Of a DNA stretch of 64,000 nucleotides, positions 24,752 through 39,238 are shown in pieces. This DNA comes from Octopus sinensis (lineage: Eukaryota): contig NC_042998.1 of assembly GCF_006345805.1 (NCBI RefSeq), positions 168,578,001 through 168,642,000 of the forward strand, given 5' to 3'. Made by a program: the position numbers and the translations under genes. A model generated the notes under the pieces. That model did no database searches, was not told the origin of the DNA, and saw only the letters and a list, made by a program, of their open reading frames with translations. Each line of letters begins with the position of its first letter. Position 1 is the first letter of the stretch.

Positions 24752-25130
24752 CATAGTCTTTTTTGTTTTTTGTATGCTGATTGCTTTCCATTCAGGCCTT
24801 CTCTCAGGCAAGAGAGCCCAGCTGTTTTGGAACTGAATAGGAGATCATTAGGAAGAGAGTAAGTCTTGAGGAGCTCACTGCGAACTCGTACATTGTTGCT
24901 GACTTCACTTTTCAGCACTGCATTTATATATTTATTTTTGCTGCTGTTGTTTAGCAAGTACTACATGAATGATACCATACGACATTCGAAGGCCGTCTGC
25001 ACTGATCTCAGGCTTATACCACTTTCATTTCTTAGGTAGAGCTTGTCAACATCATTGTTTCTGTGGAAGTCCCCAGTTCCCAGGATTTTGCGGGCTTTGA
25101 TATCTATGGAATGGATTTCATGTCTGTATG
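24752..25130 (-). mobile_element. R4/Dong-like LINE fragment (same family as 833-2340)
   Basis: EIHSIDIKARKIL..DFHRNNDVDKLYLRNESG..SVQTAFECRMVS aligns with DEIRAIDVKTRKIL..NFHINSDIDCYYLTRKQGG..SIQNSFECRIIS. Confidence 0.75.
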
Positions 25131-26029
25131 TATCTATGTACCTATGTGAACTTTGAAGTTAGAAAAAACGGTAAAGTAATAAAAAAGCGGTAGCAAATAT
25201 TTGCAGTAGTAAGTATGCATCCATTAAGACAAATGACTATTAGTCTATGAATAATATAGAACATGTTTTTTCCTGATCAATGACAAATGTTCTAAACGTC
25301 AAAACTCTTTCCTTTTATTTTAATCGCTAAACTAATACATCCGTTATACTTTGTCTTCTTTTTGTGTTCATTGCATGCACACACAAACACGTACACACAC
25401 ACACAACTACACACATACATACACATACACACACACACATGCACGCACGCAAACATACACACATGTCTGTATATATATTTTTGTTTGTCCTCTCTGTGTT
25501 TAGCCCCTTGTGGGTAGTAAAGAAAAAAATATATATATATGTGTGTGTGTGTGTATTATGGTTTCCGCTTGCAATATATTTCACCTGAAATTGCGTGCAT
25601 GAATGAAATTCTGTTGTTTCATACATGAGATAATGGAGGAGGCGTCAAAATGTTGAGGTGAGCCCTTCTCAGGTTGTTTGGAGGTGGCTTTCTTTCATCC
25701 ATCAATTCACATACAATGTAAATATATACCGGAGAGACAGTAGAGATAACGAGAATAACTTTTATGTAAAAAATCTTTTAATTCTGTTGCGAAGAATATG
25801 GTGAACACTGCTAAACTGCAATAAAGAAACGAATTGAAATTGGATCAACATTCACAATTTTGAAAAAGGTATTTTATTTCCTGACAGCAGTTGCTCACAA
25901 TCTGAAATTGCAATTCGCTAAACTTTTTTATTTACTTAATTTTGGTTGTCAATTTTTTATGTTCTTGAAAACTTTTGAAATAGATTTTTAATTGAGTTAC
26001 TGAGCTTTATTGAAATACTAAAAGAGCTG

Positions 26030-26400
26030 AACTATTATTCCCCAGACAGACGATGTAAAAGATACGCAGTGAAATATATATGGAAAATCCTTGAAGGTAT
26101 GGCACCCAGCTTTGCAGCTTTACCGTACCAATCACTGGATTGAATGTCACTGCATAATGCCAATAATCCCGCCCAGTCTGTTCAGCGATAAAGCCAGAGT
26201 CCAAAGGCCCACAAACTTTCAATAGCTTGCTGAAAAGCCTCAAAGATCTACGAGTAGTAAATGTAGATGTGTTTAAAGAACATTTAGACATATTTTTTAT
26301 CCAAGCATGATGAATCCACACTGCAGCAAGAAAATCAAAGAAGGGCAGCTCTGTCCAACTCACTATTTCACTTGGACCATTCTGGAGACAGGGCCCGGAA
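26030..26400 (+). mobile_element. CR1/L2-group LINE 3' RT fragment, degenerate
   Basis: RYAVKYIWKILEGMAP..HCIMP..GPQTFNSL.KSLKDLRVVNVDVFKEHLDIFL is a typical CR1-group C-terminus. Confidence 0.65.
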
Positions 26401-27133
26401 ATGAGTTTTTAACTAAAATCGTTAGCGTTAATAGTGGTGCTTCAGGATGGTTTTAGGCTTTACCTGAAACAAATAAAACAATAGAAGAATGATTAAATTT
26501 TAGTTTTACTTTATTATCAATATACACATCTATATTCTCTACGTATCCTTTCACGCAATTTTCTTTGTTTTTATGTGTGCATTAAAATAATGGAAACTAA
26601 ATTGAAGAAGAAATTATTTATCTGAAGAAACTCAGCCCAAAGCCGTTACTTGCAACATATCACTAGCTTCAGTCAGCCAAACACTGAAGTACAAAATTTT
26701 TACGGAGAATTTCCTAAGTAATGAAAATAATACTCACTGGATTATTTCATTACAATTATTGCTTTCATCTCACCCAAATCTTGACTGATTTTCTCAAATA
26801 AGAATCACATTAGTTTGTGACTAAAATCAGAGACCTATCAAACACTTGTAGTCCAGGAAAAGATGCTTCAAAATTGTAAATTAGAAACAAGGTAATCGGT
26901 TGCTTCGAAACAATTTGTTTTATATTTCTCATAACACATCAGGAATCTCTTATGTCGGTCCTTTAAGCTACCGAAAAAGTATCGCAGACTTATTTATTAA
27001 ATTGTAAACAAGATTATTAAAGTTTATTGACCCTGCATTAATAACTAAAATACCAATACAGCGTAATTAATCACATTTATGTATAGGGAGTCATATCCAT
27101 ACATTTAATATGCACAAACACGCACATAGGCAC

Positions 27134-27139
<6 letters not shown>

Positions 27140-27171
<32 letters not shown>

Positions 27172-27287
27172 CTATATATATATATATATATATAATATAT
27201 ATATATATATATTATATACATATATATATATACATATATATATACATATATATATATAATATATATACATATATATATATAATATAC

Positions 27288-27324
<37 letters not shown>

Positions 27325-27371
27325 ATACATATATATATATATATTATATACATATATATATAATATACATA

Positions 27372-27404
<33 letters not shown>

Positions 27405-27452
27405 TATATATATATACATATATATATATATATACATATATTATATATATAC

Positions 27453-27487
<35 letters not shown>

Positions 27488-27500
27488 CATATATATATAC

Positions 27501-27596
<96 letters not shown>

Positions 27597-27737
27597 GACT
27601 CCACAAACTCACACGCATGCACGTGCATATTTGTTCATTTATATATATATGGTCGTGTGTGTGTATGTATATATATATGTGTGTGTATGTATATATATGT
27701 GTGTGAGTGTGTGTGTGTGTATTTGCATCTATCTATC

Positions 27738-27784
<47 letters not shown>

Positions 27785-27800
27785 TGTGTGTTTGTGTGTG
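27140..27800. repeat. Compound (CA)n/(TA)n/(TG)n microsatellite
   Basis: Seen directly in the sequence. Confidence 0.95.
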
Positions 27801-28845
27801 TATAAATGTTTGCACATACCACACCATCTATACACAAATTACACACATCCATGCTGGTATGATATTAAACGATTTTCGTAAATTTTTTCCAATTTGCTGA
27901 TTTTACTTTATAATGATACAGTTATTGTATATTCACAGTATTCAGCATTATGCTCAATTTGATACCTTAGATGTGATTTACTTGTTTTCAAGACTGGTCA
28001 TGTCACGCATATATTTCGCATTCGAACATGACTTATTAATATTTTACGCTCCTTTGCAAAATTTGAGCGTTAACTGATCGTTAGTCATGTACTATCGCCT
28101 TTTATTTAAATAATGAATTGCCAAACCTCCCTGCAGAGATTTGAAGTTGCAAGATTTCACTGAATAAAGTAAGAAGTGCGGAGCACGTTGCTAAGTATGT
28201 AATATCTAATCACTTTGTTCATTGGCACAACTCATCATTCTAAATATTTTTTTTTTATGGCATATACCCAAATCCTCAAATTCCTGAAGTATATTTTCAA
28301 AACATTAGCTCCTTAATTGAGGTAAAAAAGCTACAACCATACTCTTCCAATAAAGTTTCTTATCCTACCCACACGTATCTATTGGGAGAATGAAATGCAT
28401 ATTCGCTCTGTGTATGAAGAGAAATCTGAAAAAATAGCTCTGAAAAAAATTCATCCGTAGGTAACATAAAATATAAGAAATAACGTATTATTTTTAACTG
28501 ATAGAAAACCTAAACAGCAATAAGTAACTGGTACCAAAATGTTTTTAGAATTGTTGGTTTAAGAGCGAAAATAGGGCAAGTTCGATCTTAATTTTGGTTT
28601 CAAAATTTCAATTTGCTAATTTGTTACCAGTGTAATTAGATGTTTTTCGTGACATGCAAATGATACAAAGTTTAGCGTCCTTGAGAAGTTAAACTTCGTC
28701 ATGTTCTATGCATCATTTTAAACGTTAGCTACAGAATACTAAATTCACTTTTATATTTTATTCAATTCAGTGAATTAGTTATTCGAGAAGACATTTCTCA
28801 GAAGCTTCTTGATATTAGTTTTTAAATAACTAATAAAATATTAAT

Positions 28846-28898
<53 letters not shown>

Positions 28899-28900
28899 TC

Positions 28901-28949
<49 letters not shown>

Positions 28950-30336
28950 ATTTATATATATATTATACACACGCAAAGAGAGTAAGAATGAGCGAGAGTG
29001 AGCGAGAGAATGAGAGAGGGGAGTATCCAACAACGTTGGATTCGTCATTTTCGATCTATGAAATATCATCTGTTTAAGATTTTACCTGAAGATGGTGTGC
29101 TGTATGCTATAATGTGATCTATGAATGCAGCAATAAAATTCTACCGAAACTTCTGCCGTAAATTTTAAATGCCATTTGTGTTCTCTTTTTATACCTGCGC
29201 CATACTTGGAATCAAACCCTGAGTCGGATCTACGGTTTAAATTGGATTTGGTACTTACATTTCTACAGTTTCCTATCAACACATGATGCATTCATTGTTG
29301 TTTACCTCACTATGGGCTCTATATTAACGTGCCTAGCCATTTCTGGTGCCCTACGTGTTGATGTGCCTAAGTACTGTTGAGCCCTTATAATAAATGTATA
29401 TATAGTAGAATAGTGAAATGGTAATGTGTTGAAATGGTCAAAATAGTTGCTATGGATGGAAGAAGGTTGGTGATTCCATACTATGATACCAAAAGCTCTG
29501 CCCGAATCAAATATTAAAATACCAACGCATTTAAACGATAAAATATTACAAAAAGTAACTGTGTACAGAGTTTAGTATTGACTGACAGTTTTTTACGCAG
29601 TTGTTATCCCAGTCTTGCGTCCACTGGCTTTTTATATCCAGTTTTCACAAACCAAGGACGATGACATCATCATAAATTATGTATGATACCTTAACGTCAT
29701 TCAGTACAGAGTTAACAGCTCAGATATTGCAGATTTGCAGAAGATCCATTCATAATATAACACAATACCAGGCGAGCGATATGAAATTTGAGCTACAGAA
29801 ATCCGTAATATCCAAATCTGAAGCCCCAATATCCAAAGAATAGAATATAAAATTAATCATTCCTATTTTCTGAATGCATCTCGGTGAAATACACAATTTG
29901 ATGATGCACAATACGAAATACAAATTATGAATAATGTGTCAAATTAAGAATATCGCCCCGGCAATATTCTTAACTTGGGAGCTTATAATACTGAACGGAG
30001 CCTTATGAGGAAGTGACTCAAATTTGTACGTTTGGAAATTAATCACTAAATATTCGATACACAGAATCCGCTATAGGTGTTGTACGATTTTAAATTCTTA
30101 TTTTGAAACAAAAAATATCAGAACGTTTCAGCCACAAATTCGAAATTGCTTTGATTGCTTTTCGTTGACTTTCATGTATATAACAATTATTTCTAACAAA
30201 TTTCAATATATACCCTTGGCTACAATAAATGCAATATGATTTTTATTAAGTATATAACATATATGGAGCTCTCTAAAAGGTGAATAATTTAAAACATATA
30301 GACACACACACACATGTATATATATGTACATGTGTA

Positions 30337-30405
<69 letters not shown>

Positions 30406-30889
30406 TGTGTGTGTGTGTGTGTGTGTGTGTGTTTTAATTATCTACTTTACACTTCAGAGTGAGAATTTTGAATATCAGCAAAATAAGAATAAATAGTACA
30501 GATCAACTTGTTAGTGTTGTTGTTTTAGTTCAATGACTTTCTTTTAGATAATTTCAGTAATAGCTGAGAATTTTCAAGTGACGACTAATATGGAACAGTG
30601 ACGTAAACGGTAAAGTGCATGATATATGTGTAGGCGAGAGCCGTCATGTTTTATGTTTTATGTTATTTAATTCCTATATTCTTTAGCTATAGTAATGTGA
30701 GGAACTATTCTTATATTCATGAATATCATCTACAGCAGCAGTATCACTACCATCACCACCACTACTATCTCCACCACTACCATCACCACTGCTATCATTG
30801 CCGCCACCAGTGTCACGCAACAGGGACAACAACTGCTAAATAAGCAAAAATTACCATACTTTTATTATCATTATTTCAGTAGTAAACAA

Positions 30890-31265
30890 TGTGGTGAGCT
30901 GGCAGAATCGTTAGCGCGCTGGACAAAATGCTTAGCGGTATTTCGTCCTCCGCTACGTTCTGAGTTCAAATTCCGCCGCGGCCGACTTTGCCTTTCATCC
31001 TTTCGGGGTCGATTAAATAAGCACCAATTACGCACTGGGGTCGATATAATCGACTTAATCCGTTTATCTGTCCTTGCCTGTCCCTTCTGTGTTTAGCCCC
31101 TTGTGGGTAGTAAAGAAATAGGTATTTCGCCCATCGCTACGTTCTGGGTTCAAATTTCGCCGAGGTCGACTTTGCTTTTCCTCCTTTCGTGGTCGATAAA
31201 ATAAGTATATGTGCCCTCATATACTCCTTTTCACCTACTTTAATCGACTCATCCCCATTTCCCCC
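30890..31265 (+). mobile_element. SINE family B with duplicated body
   Basis: GTGGTGAGCTGGCAGAATCG head; the core occurs twice. Confidence 0.85.
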
Positions 31266-31741
31266 AAGCTTCTCTTGTGGAAAAAATTTGAAATAACTAT
31301 GTCACTAGAAAACATTCAGGAACTAAAATATATAATTTAAAACTGATGGAATTCAGTCAGTTTCTAGATGTACAGAAATTCGTGAATGGTTTTTTTAATG
31401 AGCAATGCAAAAAAATCGTTCTCACCTTAGATTAATCTAAGATTATCAGATTTGTGTCTTTAATGGTGGACGTGATAACTAGCCTGTCATTGAATTGGTG
31501 TCAGCAAGCAACTACAGATAAGTTAATTCAAATAAAAACATATAATCTTGATTTTCTTGCAATTAAACTAGCTTTTTGAGAATGTAAGGATCATGATCAA
31601 CATTGCTAAGCTCCATCTAAATCTAAAATTATCTAACTTACTTTTGAACTTTTATAGGTAGAGGAAAGTACTAATAGGATTTAAATAACTTTATTAGTAA
31701 CACACATTTAGTATTTCAATTCTAGATTGTGTCAATCTTTT

Positions 31742-32109
31742 TGTTATATCCTTAGAAATGTTGGATTATTATAACGCCCACTTAGGTATACAGTATACTT
31801 AGTAAACTTAGTAAATACACGACTATCTCTAACCGCCTACTACTTACTGATTTTTCTTTTTGATTTTTTTATTACCCACAAGAGGCGATGCAGAAGGGAC
31901 ATTACAAAACATTGGGGACATAGAACATTATAATTAAATTTATGAAGAATGAAATATTAAATGAAAAAAATGATAATATGAAAGCGATGCTAAAGGCCTC
32001 CGCCCACTACTTACTCTCGTACTTCATATATCTCTCTTTATTTATAATGACTATGTTATTCCATTCGTCACGTAGGAGGGGTTACAATTATTACTAATTC
32101 CCTACAACA
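31742..32109 (-). repeat. 3' LTR with ~165-bp insertion
   Basis: Matches 34540-34742 except for an insert between the duplicated CCGCC(T/C)ACTACTTACT. Confidence 0.8.
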
Positions 32110-34539
32110 TTTCTCCTTTTAAGTTTTTCTTAGGAAGTGTCATTTTATTTAGCAATAATTTTTTCTTCACCCCACCTCACTTTTTTGAGTTTTTTTCGTA
32201 AAATTTAATATTTTTAGTGCTTGGTATTTATTTTCAGGAACTCAGTATGTTTTCTTTTCCTCTCGTACGCCTGGGTTCAATCACCTGCAGTGGCGTTGCT
32301 TCTTGGAACGTATCTTACAAGCATTCCATCGGTTCCTCCAACTTCTTTGGTTCACTTTTCACGAATCTCTTTTTCACTTGGTTCCTGTATCTCTTTTGCA
32401 TACCTTTTCTACTTTTTTTACCCAATACATCATTTTACCTATACATTTGGTAATTATGCCATCTTCCCAACTCTATTTTCCATTTTTATATACCCTCATA
32501 TACTCCTTTTCACCTACTTTAAGGAATCTTGCTACATCTTCCTTGGCACTTTTTCTTTTCTTACCAGGTAGTAATTTATCAAAGACTGATTTTACTTTCC
32601 TTGAAAGCATTAGCTCCGCTGGTGAGCTACCGACTGGTGTACTCGGATTTGGTATCACATGGTACACTCTTAAAAATTGTTGTAGAGTTACCTCATCCGT
32701 GACTTCCTTATTCGACTTTCTTAGGGCTTTCTTGAAGGTATCGGACAAAGCCTTTTTGCCTGTCCGTTAGATCTGCAGTGAACGTTTCACAAAACCTTTA
32801 AAATTCAACAGACACAAATTGCGTTCCATTGTCAGACACTATCGTATCACATCTGGGATGCCAAATCTCGCAAACAACTCGTGTAAAAATTTATCACAGT
32901 TGAGGAGGTTGGTTTTTTGCACTTACAAATTTCAAGCCATTTCGAAAAGCTATCAACTAACACTAAGTAGTAAGAACCATTTAAAGGACCAGTAATATTG
33001 ATGTGTATTCTTGACCACGGAACATCTATTTTTGAACAATGTTTACTTCTTATCGTGGGTAGAGTTTCGTTTCGTTTTGGCTTACATACAGGTATTCCGC
33101 TCTGCTTTACTGCAATTTTTTTGTTTCAGTCCCTCAGCTTCATTCGAACCTTCGACTGAATCGACTATATTTCCACACAAAATGTACTTCTATCCACTCT
33201 GTACCGAATAAATTAAGTGAACATTTTAACACATATATCTTAGCTTTTTTCGTTTGATCTCGAAATGTTACATTGCGTATGAATTCACTGAAAAAATATA
33301 ATCTTTTCCCCCGTAATACCATGTGCTACCTTTTTATATTTAATTAACTTCGGCCTACCGACGTACTTCAATGTTTTTTGTTTATAATGGTGATGTTACT
33401 ACCAGTGTCCAGCTGCATTTTAACACTTGTATTTCCGATTTTCACCTTCACGAATTTCCTCATCGATATATTACCAATTTCTTCTGATGACATTATTTAT
33501 TCTTTTTCTTTTGCTCTGAAGTTTTGTCATTTTCGTTCTACTGTGCGTCTTTATATGTCCTATATTTCCACAACAAAAGCACTCAGTTTTCTTAAATGGA
33601 CAATTTTTCCTCAGGTGTATAGCTCCACATGCAAAACATGGGTTTATTTCCTGATTTTTGTCGAGGTTTTTAGAAAACACTTTATCTCCATGCTAACTAT
33701 TTCGCACTTGCTTTACTTGGAAACAGCCTTTACGTTCATTTTCCTGTGCCGTGTCTTAATTTGACTATCCTTTCACATTCTTCTGATGCTTGTTATAGGG
33801 TTACATCCTGGCTTTGTTCCATCTTAGCGAGAATTCTAATTCTAACTTCTGCATCTTTTTCTGCAGTAAGTCCCTGTGTAACAATCAAGCAATTGAATAT
33901 ATCTGGCATTGGTTCGACTAGCTTAAACTTCAAAAATTCCCTGTTTACTCTACCAGTATATGAGATGTAGTCCTCATCGTTGTTTTCTATATGTTGAGAC
34001 ACTCCCAATGTATATTGAACACTTAACTTTTTTCCCTAAAAAATGTACACAATATATTTATTGTATCATTAATGTTTATGTCAAAAAGTTTTCTCGGGAG
34101 TACATAATTGCTGCAACGCTCATGCTCTACTGCCACCAGTTTTCTTAAGATAAAGCGTGTGTTCACCGTGTCGTCCCAATCTTTATATTCTTTATCAAAG
34201 ATTTGCTCATATCTTCTGTAGTATGCCTCGAAGGTAATTCATTCATCTGGTTTGTATTTGAACACTGTTATCGAGTTCGCCACATAGTCTGGCGAGAACG
34301 TTTTTTTCTGATAACTTTAGTATTTACAACATTTATTGCTGTAATATTATTTGTTGTTGTTGCTTCTGTTGTTGCTCATGCAGTTGTATCTGCTGTTTTT
34401 GCCACTCGAGCAAACCTGCTAACAAATTTTCCATACTTTTCCGATTTTTCGTACAATTTGTACATCAACTTTGTGAGTTTAGTAACTCCTCTTCGAGTTT
34501 CTACTAACTCCACGTGAATTGCTTTCTCCTCTTCGCCAC

Positions 34540-34742
34540 TGTTATGATCCTTAAAAATTGTGGATTTTTATAACGCTCACTTCGGTATAGAGAATACTTA
34601 GTAAAACCAGTAAAGATACGACTATTTCTGACCGCCTGCTACGTACTCTCGTACTTCACGTACTTCTCATTACTTATAATGACTATGTTATTTCATGCGT
34701 TACATGGGAGGTGTATTCCAGTATTACTAATTCCTAACAACA
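34540..34742 (-). repeat. 5' LTR (203 bp)
   Basis: TGTTATG...AACAACA, adjacent to the PBS. Confidence 0.85.
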
Positions 34743-36763
34743 ATTTTCAGTTTCATACGAAGCCACTGAGATGATAAGAAATAATTATTTTTGTGGACAG
34801 ACGCTAGTATCCAAAGAGTGCTCTGAAACCCATTTCCCACAAAAGCGTAGGTAAATTGGTACAATGTCGAATTAAATACACAAATAAAAGAAAACACCTG
34901 TAAATCTGAACGTCAAACTTAGAACTGTTACGTTTATCTCGTAACTTATGTAACTGGCCAGATGACCAACCCCAACAAAATTCCAAAGAAAAAACTGGTT
35001 ATTAAATGTTGTATGTATATATTTCTGGGTTTGACTTTAAACTGAACCTAGATGTGAAACTCCAGTTCAAGAGTTCTGGCGTTGTGGGAATCGTGGAGTG
35101 ACTCATTTACCATTTCTCCCAGATAAGTTATGACCAGAAAAGATAGTACCTGTCTGAGTCTTGGGTATGGGTTAAACAGATTTCCCAGGGGCAGTGGAAT
35201 CTTCCATTACTTTTGACAAAGCTGTTGGGAAACTATCTCTTCTAGGAGAAAGATACTCTGATATAAAACTTGCCGTCAAAATAGTAATAGTCATCTTGCA
35301 ATGCTTCTCACTGGAACCGACTATGGTGGCCGATAGACAGGCAGAAATCTTAAACAAGCCTTTGCCACTTAACTCCAATGACCTACAGATCCTACAGTAT
35401 AATTTCATTTCTTGATCTGTTTTGTATTCTGTAAAGTCGAATACCAATGGATGCGTGGCAACGTGTAAAGTCATATCTAGGCACATGAAAGTTTGAAAGT
35501 AAATCAGAACAATCAGGCTGAATGTGAAATAGTTATCATCTGACAAAATGAAGCAATCATTATGTATACATACATATATATACATACATACATGCATACA
35601 TATGTATGCATGTTGAATGCATACATTTATATATTTAATATTCTCAATAGTGAAAATAGATAATATGTTTCACATCCGGAACTACTTTCCGACGAACGAC
35701 ACTCATTATTAACAGCAGAACAAGTCTAATGTGAGATCCATGAAATGTTAAATATATCTGACATGTGTCTTACTCGATATTTCTCGTAAAAGTCTTACAA
35801 TGTTATATATTCCTCTTTAAAGCAAAGACAGTGTTTTGACACCCATTGAATAAATTAACTATCAGATTTTACGGTTGGTAAAGTAAAATTTATTATCTTA
35901 CTTCGACAGACAAGAACGTTGAAGTGTGATGCTGCAACGTTTATGCTTTTTGTCCTTACTTAGTGATGTATGCTAGGCAATTAATTATAACTAAATTACT
36001 AGTAAATTAACCGATATGATACTTAATGCAGTAAGCGAAGAAATCTTAATCAATTGACACTAAATCTTTATTAGTAAAAAGAACTGATTATCTAAATAAT
36101 TAATTCTGGTAAAATGTAAGGGCAGTAAGACAACCGTGTAATTAAGCGTAATTAAAATTTATTGACTCTTAAATAATTTGAGAAGTGAATCTAGTCTTAA
36201 GCAGTGCGATGGCGACTATAGGCATGTCTCAGTTAATTTTGACATCAAATGAGTGTCCCACTTAGAATTCAAATTTCCAAAGTTTTACACATAGTGTTGA
36301 TCAAATCACCCTTGGGAGCAGAAGATTGTTTATTTTACGAACTTAGTATTCAATAAATTATGCTTCCACTACAATTCTGGTCGAGAAATTTTCTATTTCC
36401 TTGCGCTATGCACCAATAAGCTCCAGTTTATAGGATTTGGGACATGTTTCCAACTAGGGAAAATAATACTTTAAATAACAGGTTATAACTAATGCAGTGG
36501 ATGTGTTACGTGACCAAGAATTTTATGAATTTTTATATAAGGCGAGTGAAGGTTTTCAATTGATCATCATAAAAATCTCGACAGCCTGCTAACTATATCG
36601 CTCTCAGTTCGAAACAGATGTAAAAGCATAAAAGCAACAACTATTTTTTAAGCATGACTATTAACTATTTAACAAACGGTGTAATAAACAACAATAGCCT
36701 CATTAAAAATTGTTAATCAATGAGGAAAATATCTAAAGATAATAAAACACTATCAATGATAAA

Positions 36764-36807
<44 letters not shown>

Positions 36808-37061
36808 TAATAATAATAATAATAAGATTGTCTTAACTGGTACATCACACGTATTGAGAAGAGCATTGTCGATGTGAGAACTGTTGCTGCTCATGTATTT
36901 TAATTTAACTTAAAAAAAAAAAAAAATGAACGAACTATTGAGTTTGGTTTAATGGCCTACCAATGTATACTATGAGTTTCTTTGCCCTAGGAGTCGGGAA
37001 GACACTCGGCAAGAAATGGAAGCAAATTTGAAAGAAGAAAAAAATGTAATAATAATAATAA

Positions 37062-37102
<41 letters not shown>

Positions 37103-37110
37103 ATAATAAT

Positions 37111-37672
37111 ATGCTCTGATGCAGTACCAAGCACAGGTTGATGCCTTGATGCAGTACCTGGCACTGGCTTTCATGACTTCTGATCTAAACTGATTGGAAG
37201 TGTTATGTACATTGTTTCTCTTGGTATAAAAGATAGGCTACAACAAATATTCTGCTCCTTACCACAAATTTGTTTATCAGTTGTTTGACCTTAACCAGCT
37301 GACGATATGTGCATCTCTGATCACGAGCAGAAGTAGTGGGGGAACATCGTAGTAATGTGTTGAGTGGAAATCATTTGGGGTTTGAATAATTCACCTCTGG
37401 AAACATGGGTGTTTCGTTCCACAACCTTAGACAACCCTTATTCAAGGACCTTTTGAGCAGGATGAGCTACCTAACCAGAAGAAAATTCTAATTGGGTCAC
37501 ACCTGCAGGATTATGCACTTTCTTTTGATATAAGGCCACCATGTCACTCACATATGGTTGTGACGCATGTGCCTGGTGTAACCTTATAAGACGGGTAGTC
37601 ATGATGGGTATACAGGGCTTCATATTTTTTTACCCAAGGGTCACTTTGATGGCATGCACTGCTGTCTCACTC

Positions 37673-37674
<2 letters not shown>
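37111..37674. repeat. Diverged copy of the (AAT)n-flanked ~560-bp repeat
   Basis: Collinear with 20264-20822; flanked by (AAT)/(AGT)n and (AAT)n. Confidence 0.85.
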
Positions 37675-37714
<40 letters not shown>

Positions 37715-37889
37715 TGATTCACAATAGAGAAGAATAATCATCTTTTAAAATGTTAGCATAAGGCTTGAAACCGTGATGGAGAGAGCTAATCTATTTCATG
37801 GACCCCACTTCTCAACTCGGCCGAATATGAAGCAAGAACATGAAGCCGGAAGAAATACTGCTACTTTGTAAAATGCTCTCACCAGCTCA

Positions 37890-38330
37890 TCACCTTAATA
37901 ATTCTTTCTAACTCTTGGTACAAGACAAATATTTTAAGTTAAGGGGACGTCGATTACATCGAACTTAGTAATACTTATTTTATCAACCCAGGAATGCTGA
38001 AAGGCAAGGCCAACTTCGGCGGTATTTGAACTCAAAATATAAAGACTCGTAAGAATTGACGCTAGGTATTTTGTCCAGTGTGCTAACGATTATGACAGCT
38101 CGCCGCCTCAACAATATCGATTTCAGTACAAGGCCAGCAATACCGAGGAAGGATGTAAGTCGATTACATTGACCTTAGTGTTCAACTCATTTTATCGATC
38201 CCAAAAAGATGAAAGGCAGAATCGACCTCGGCGGAATTTGAACTCAGGTCGCTAAGACGGTCGAAATGCTGCTAATCATATTCCCCGATGTGCTAACGAT
38301 TCTGCCTGCTCGCAGCCTTAGTAATACTAT
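37890..38330 (-). mobile_element. Two tandem degenerate SINE family B copies
   Basis: CTTCGGCGGTATTTGAACTC and CCTCGGCGGAATTTGAACTC cores. Confidence 0.7.
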
Positions 38331-39238
38331 CATTATAGTTACACGTGCAAACAATAGAAGCATATTACCAGATAAAAATGAATGCAGAATATACAGAGGT
38401 ATGATCCCTGTTAAGAAGTTTGCCTCATAACTACACCATTTCACGGTCAATCCCACTAGCAGTACCATATGTAAACACCTTGAGGCCACTCGAGCTTTCC
38501 GAGAGGAGTTGGGTAGACAGCAACTATAAGAAACCGATCATATGAACTCTACTTATTATCGAACTGCCTGGAGTCGACTGTATCAGTCATTCAGTTTAAC
38601 ATCACACTCAGGCCCTTTCCTTTCTTCACTGGAGTTCGTACTGTTGCTTTCTGTATGAGGGCAAGTTTGTCTTCTTACGTAGCTCTCCATGCTACGACCA
38701 ATCTTGGAGATCCAGCAAAAGATAATGAACACTCTGCTTTCTCCTCTGATTAAATTATAAAACATTAACCTATCGAGGAAAGACTGATTGCGAGACTATC
38801 TTTTATTTCCTTTCCTTTCAGTTAGCTCTTCAGCTCGAAATTGCTTTCCAGACTTTCGTCACGAAACGAGTGTCAGTGGTTGGTGTTTCGTGTCTGTAAG
38901 AAACCGACCATCAATTTGTCTATTAGAGTCCTTTCGACCTCTTGGACTTCTTACTTCGCTCGATAATTTTGTTGTTTACTGTTCAAGTTTTGGTTGTGAT
39001 AGCAATTATTTGGTTTACTTTTCTTGCTAAAGTTCTTGTGGTTATGGTTGCTTTTCATGAAGCCAAGCTCTTTTGCTTTAAGACGTAATTTCAGCGCTAT
39101 TTCAACTATGATCATTATTCATCTTTATTGCTTCTGATTTAATTCCGCTGTTCCGCTGATCTTCTCGTTTCAACAATTTGTAGTGTTTCTGCAGAAAATG
39201 TAGATACTACCCTATTTCAGTTTATTTAGCAATTGAGT

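Larger units (their letters stand above)
31742..34742 (-). mobile_element. Internally deleted Gypsy/Ty3 LTR retrotransposon (gag, protease and integrase remnants; no RT/RNase H seen)
   Basis: TG..CA LTRs at 34540-34742 and 31742-32109; PBS-like TGGCGAAG; PPT AAAAGGAGAAA. Zinc knuckles CFACGAIH..C and CFCCGNIGH; protease MQLDTGSNITII; integrase PWSRIHINITGPL..DSFSKWLEI..LFARFGIPD..SPAELML. Flanks CTTTT/ATTTT. Confidence 0.88.

Noticed and set aside
26007-26363. 118-aa minus-strand ORF that looks protein-like
   Set aside because: It is the antisense of a plus-strand CR1-like RT remnant.
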